Positions 63,278 through 64,000 of a stretch of 64,000 nucleotides of DNA are shown here, in pieces. The position numbers and the translations under genes were made by a program. Below the pieces are notes generated by a model. The model was given only the letters and a program-made list of their open reading frames with translations, ran no database searches and had not been told where the DNA came from. The first letter of the stretch is position 1. The number at the start of each line of letters is the position of its first letter. This DNA comes from Candidatus Omnitrophota bacterium (GTDB taxonomy: Bacteria; Omnitrophota; Omnitrophia; JAHJGZ01; JAFGJY01), in NCBI GenBank assembly GCA_016928875.1, contig JAFGJY010000116.1, positions 6,064 through 70,063 of the forward strand, in the 5' to 3' direction.

Positions 63278-64000
63278 TGATATCACCTTCCTGTATCTTC
63301 AAATTTTCCCGTTCTTCCACAATAGCACTGGCAGAGAGAACATCATATAATTTTTCGACACGTACAAGCCCGATCGGTTGCTCGTCACGGTAAACGTTCA
63401 GAACATCACCGATCTTAAGGCCATCGTCCGCACCGATGTTCGATATAACGAAATTAAATTTACGATTTACCACTTCTACCCGGCCTGATACCGATATTTG
63501 CGGCTTTACAACGACCGGCTCCAGCTCAACGCTAACATTGACATTATTTTGTCCTTCCGCTGCAGGTGGGGGTATAACGCCTTGTGCTAAGGGAGGGTTC
63601 GTAAAGCTTTCGCCTGGTGATGAACGTAATCGTTGTATTTGTGCCAGTAGGCCCTGGTTCTGATCCTTATAGTCTTCAATAATGCCTGAACTGCTTTTCT
63701 TGAATTCAGCATATTCATCACGCAATTTCGTAAGATCAGCATCTATTTGAGCCAAGCGCTTCTCTTGTTCTTCGATCGTCGCTTTCTGGTCCCTTACCTT
63801 GGTCTTATAACTATCAACCAACCCTTTCTGTTTTTCGACGTCTCGACGAAGCTCCTCATTCTCCCCGTTCAGATCCTGCACCTTCATCTGAAGGCCGGCC
63901 TTGTCCTTTTCCAGCTGACTCACTTGAGCCTCCAGCGCGATTCGTTTTACCTTCTCGTTCTCCCGTACAAAACACAGAACAACGGTAAGCGAAAATGATA
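63267..64000 (-). CDS. coiled-coil envelope protein with C-terminal beta-rich domain (N-terminus off window)
   Basis: The frame stays open to position 64000 (...SFSLTVVLCFVRENEKVKRIALEAQVSQLEKDK...), so the GTG in the track is probably internal. Long coiled coil, Pro-rich linker, then GRVEVVNRKFNFVISNIGADDGLKIGDVLNVYR. Confidence 0.6.
   Translation of the reverse strand, partial: SFSLTVVLCFVRENEKVKRIALEAQVSQLEKDKAGLQMKVQDLNGENEELRRDVEKQKGLVDSYKTKVRDQKATIEEQEKRLAQIDADLTKLRDEYAEFKKSSSGIIEDYKDQNQGLLAQIQRLRSSPGESFTNPPLAQGVIPPPAAEGQNNVNVSVELEPVVVKPQISVSGRVEVVNRKFNFVISNIGADDGLKIGDVLNVYRDEQPIGLVRVEKLYDVLSASAIVEERENLKIQEGDIIGI

Overview
This is a 64-kb chromosomal segment of a moderately AT-rich diderm bacterium; SurA, a BamE-like lipoprotein, the PilQ secretin and an O-antigen-ligase homolog are all present. 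I cannot name the taxon without a database search. Every gene I can support lies on the minus strand: about 66 protein genes and 5 tRNAs.

Most of the content is housekeeping:
- Six shikimate-pathway genes in two clusters (aroB-aroK-aroC-pilD-aroE, and aroA...aroQ).
- A branched-chain amino-acid block (ilvD, ilvB, ilvN, ilvC, leuA).
- surA-pdxA-rsmA, ugd, pyk, an NSS transporter, uppP, pfk and recG.
- The rod-shape cluster mreBCD-mrdA-rodA.
- Envelope glycosylation genes, pyrD-pyrF-pyrE, and a tRNA operon Thr-Tyr-Gly.
- A c-di-GMP-type signalling block (receiver, HD-GYP, receiver, two PilZ).
- rng, pilMNOPQ, rph-rdgB and queE.

There is no CRISPR array, prophage, transposase or recognisable defence system.

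The features most worth a second look are non-coding or very small:
1. A GC-rich structured element of about 165 nt is co-oriented with the tRNA operon. It ends in an exact 12-nt copy of the tRNA-Gly 3' strand plus CCA.
2. A four-helix-bundle gene (23S-IVS / Avd family) sits between ilvB and ilvN and is bracketed by 15-nt inverted repeats.
3. The ilvB upstream region has two tiers. The first is a 36-codon ORF with a terminator and a competing hairpin. The second is a consensus promoter followed by a 15-codon Ile/Val-rich uORF that abuts the ilvB start.
4. A family of intergenic hairpins, AGGGACAGGT-N4-6-ACCTGTCCCT, recurs between co-transcribed genes.
5. Several small membrane ORFs fall below the ORF-track cutoff.

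All protein family calls come from motif recognition by eye. No searches were run.
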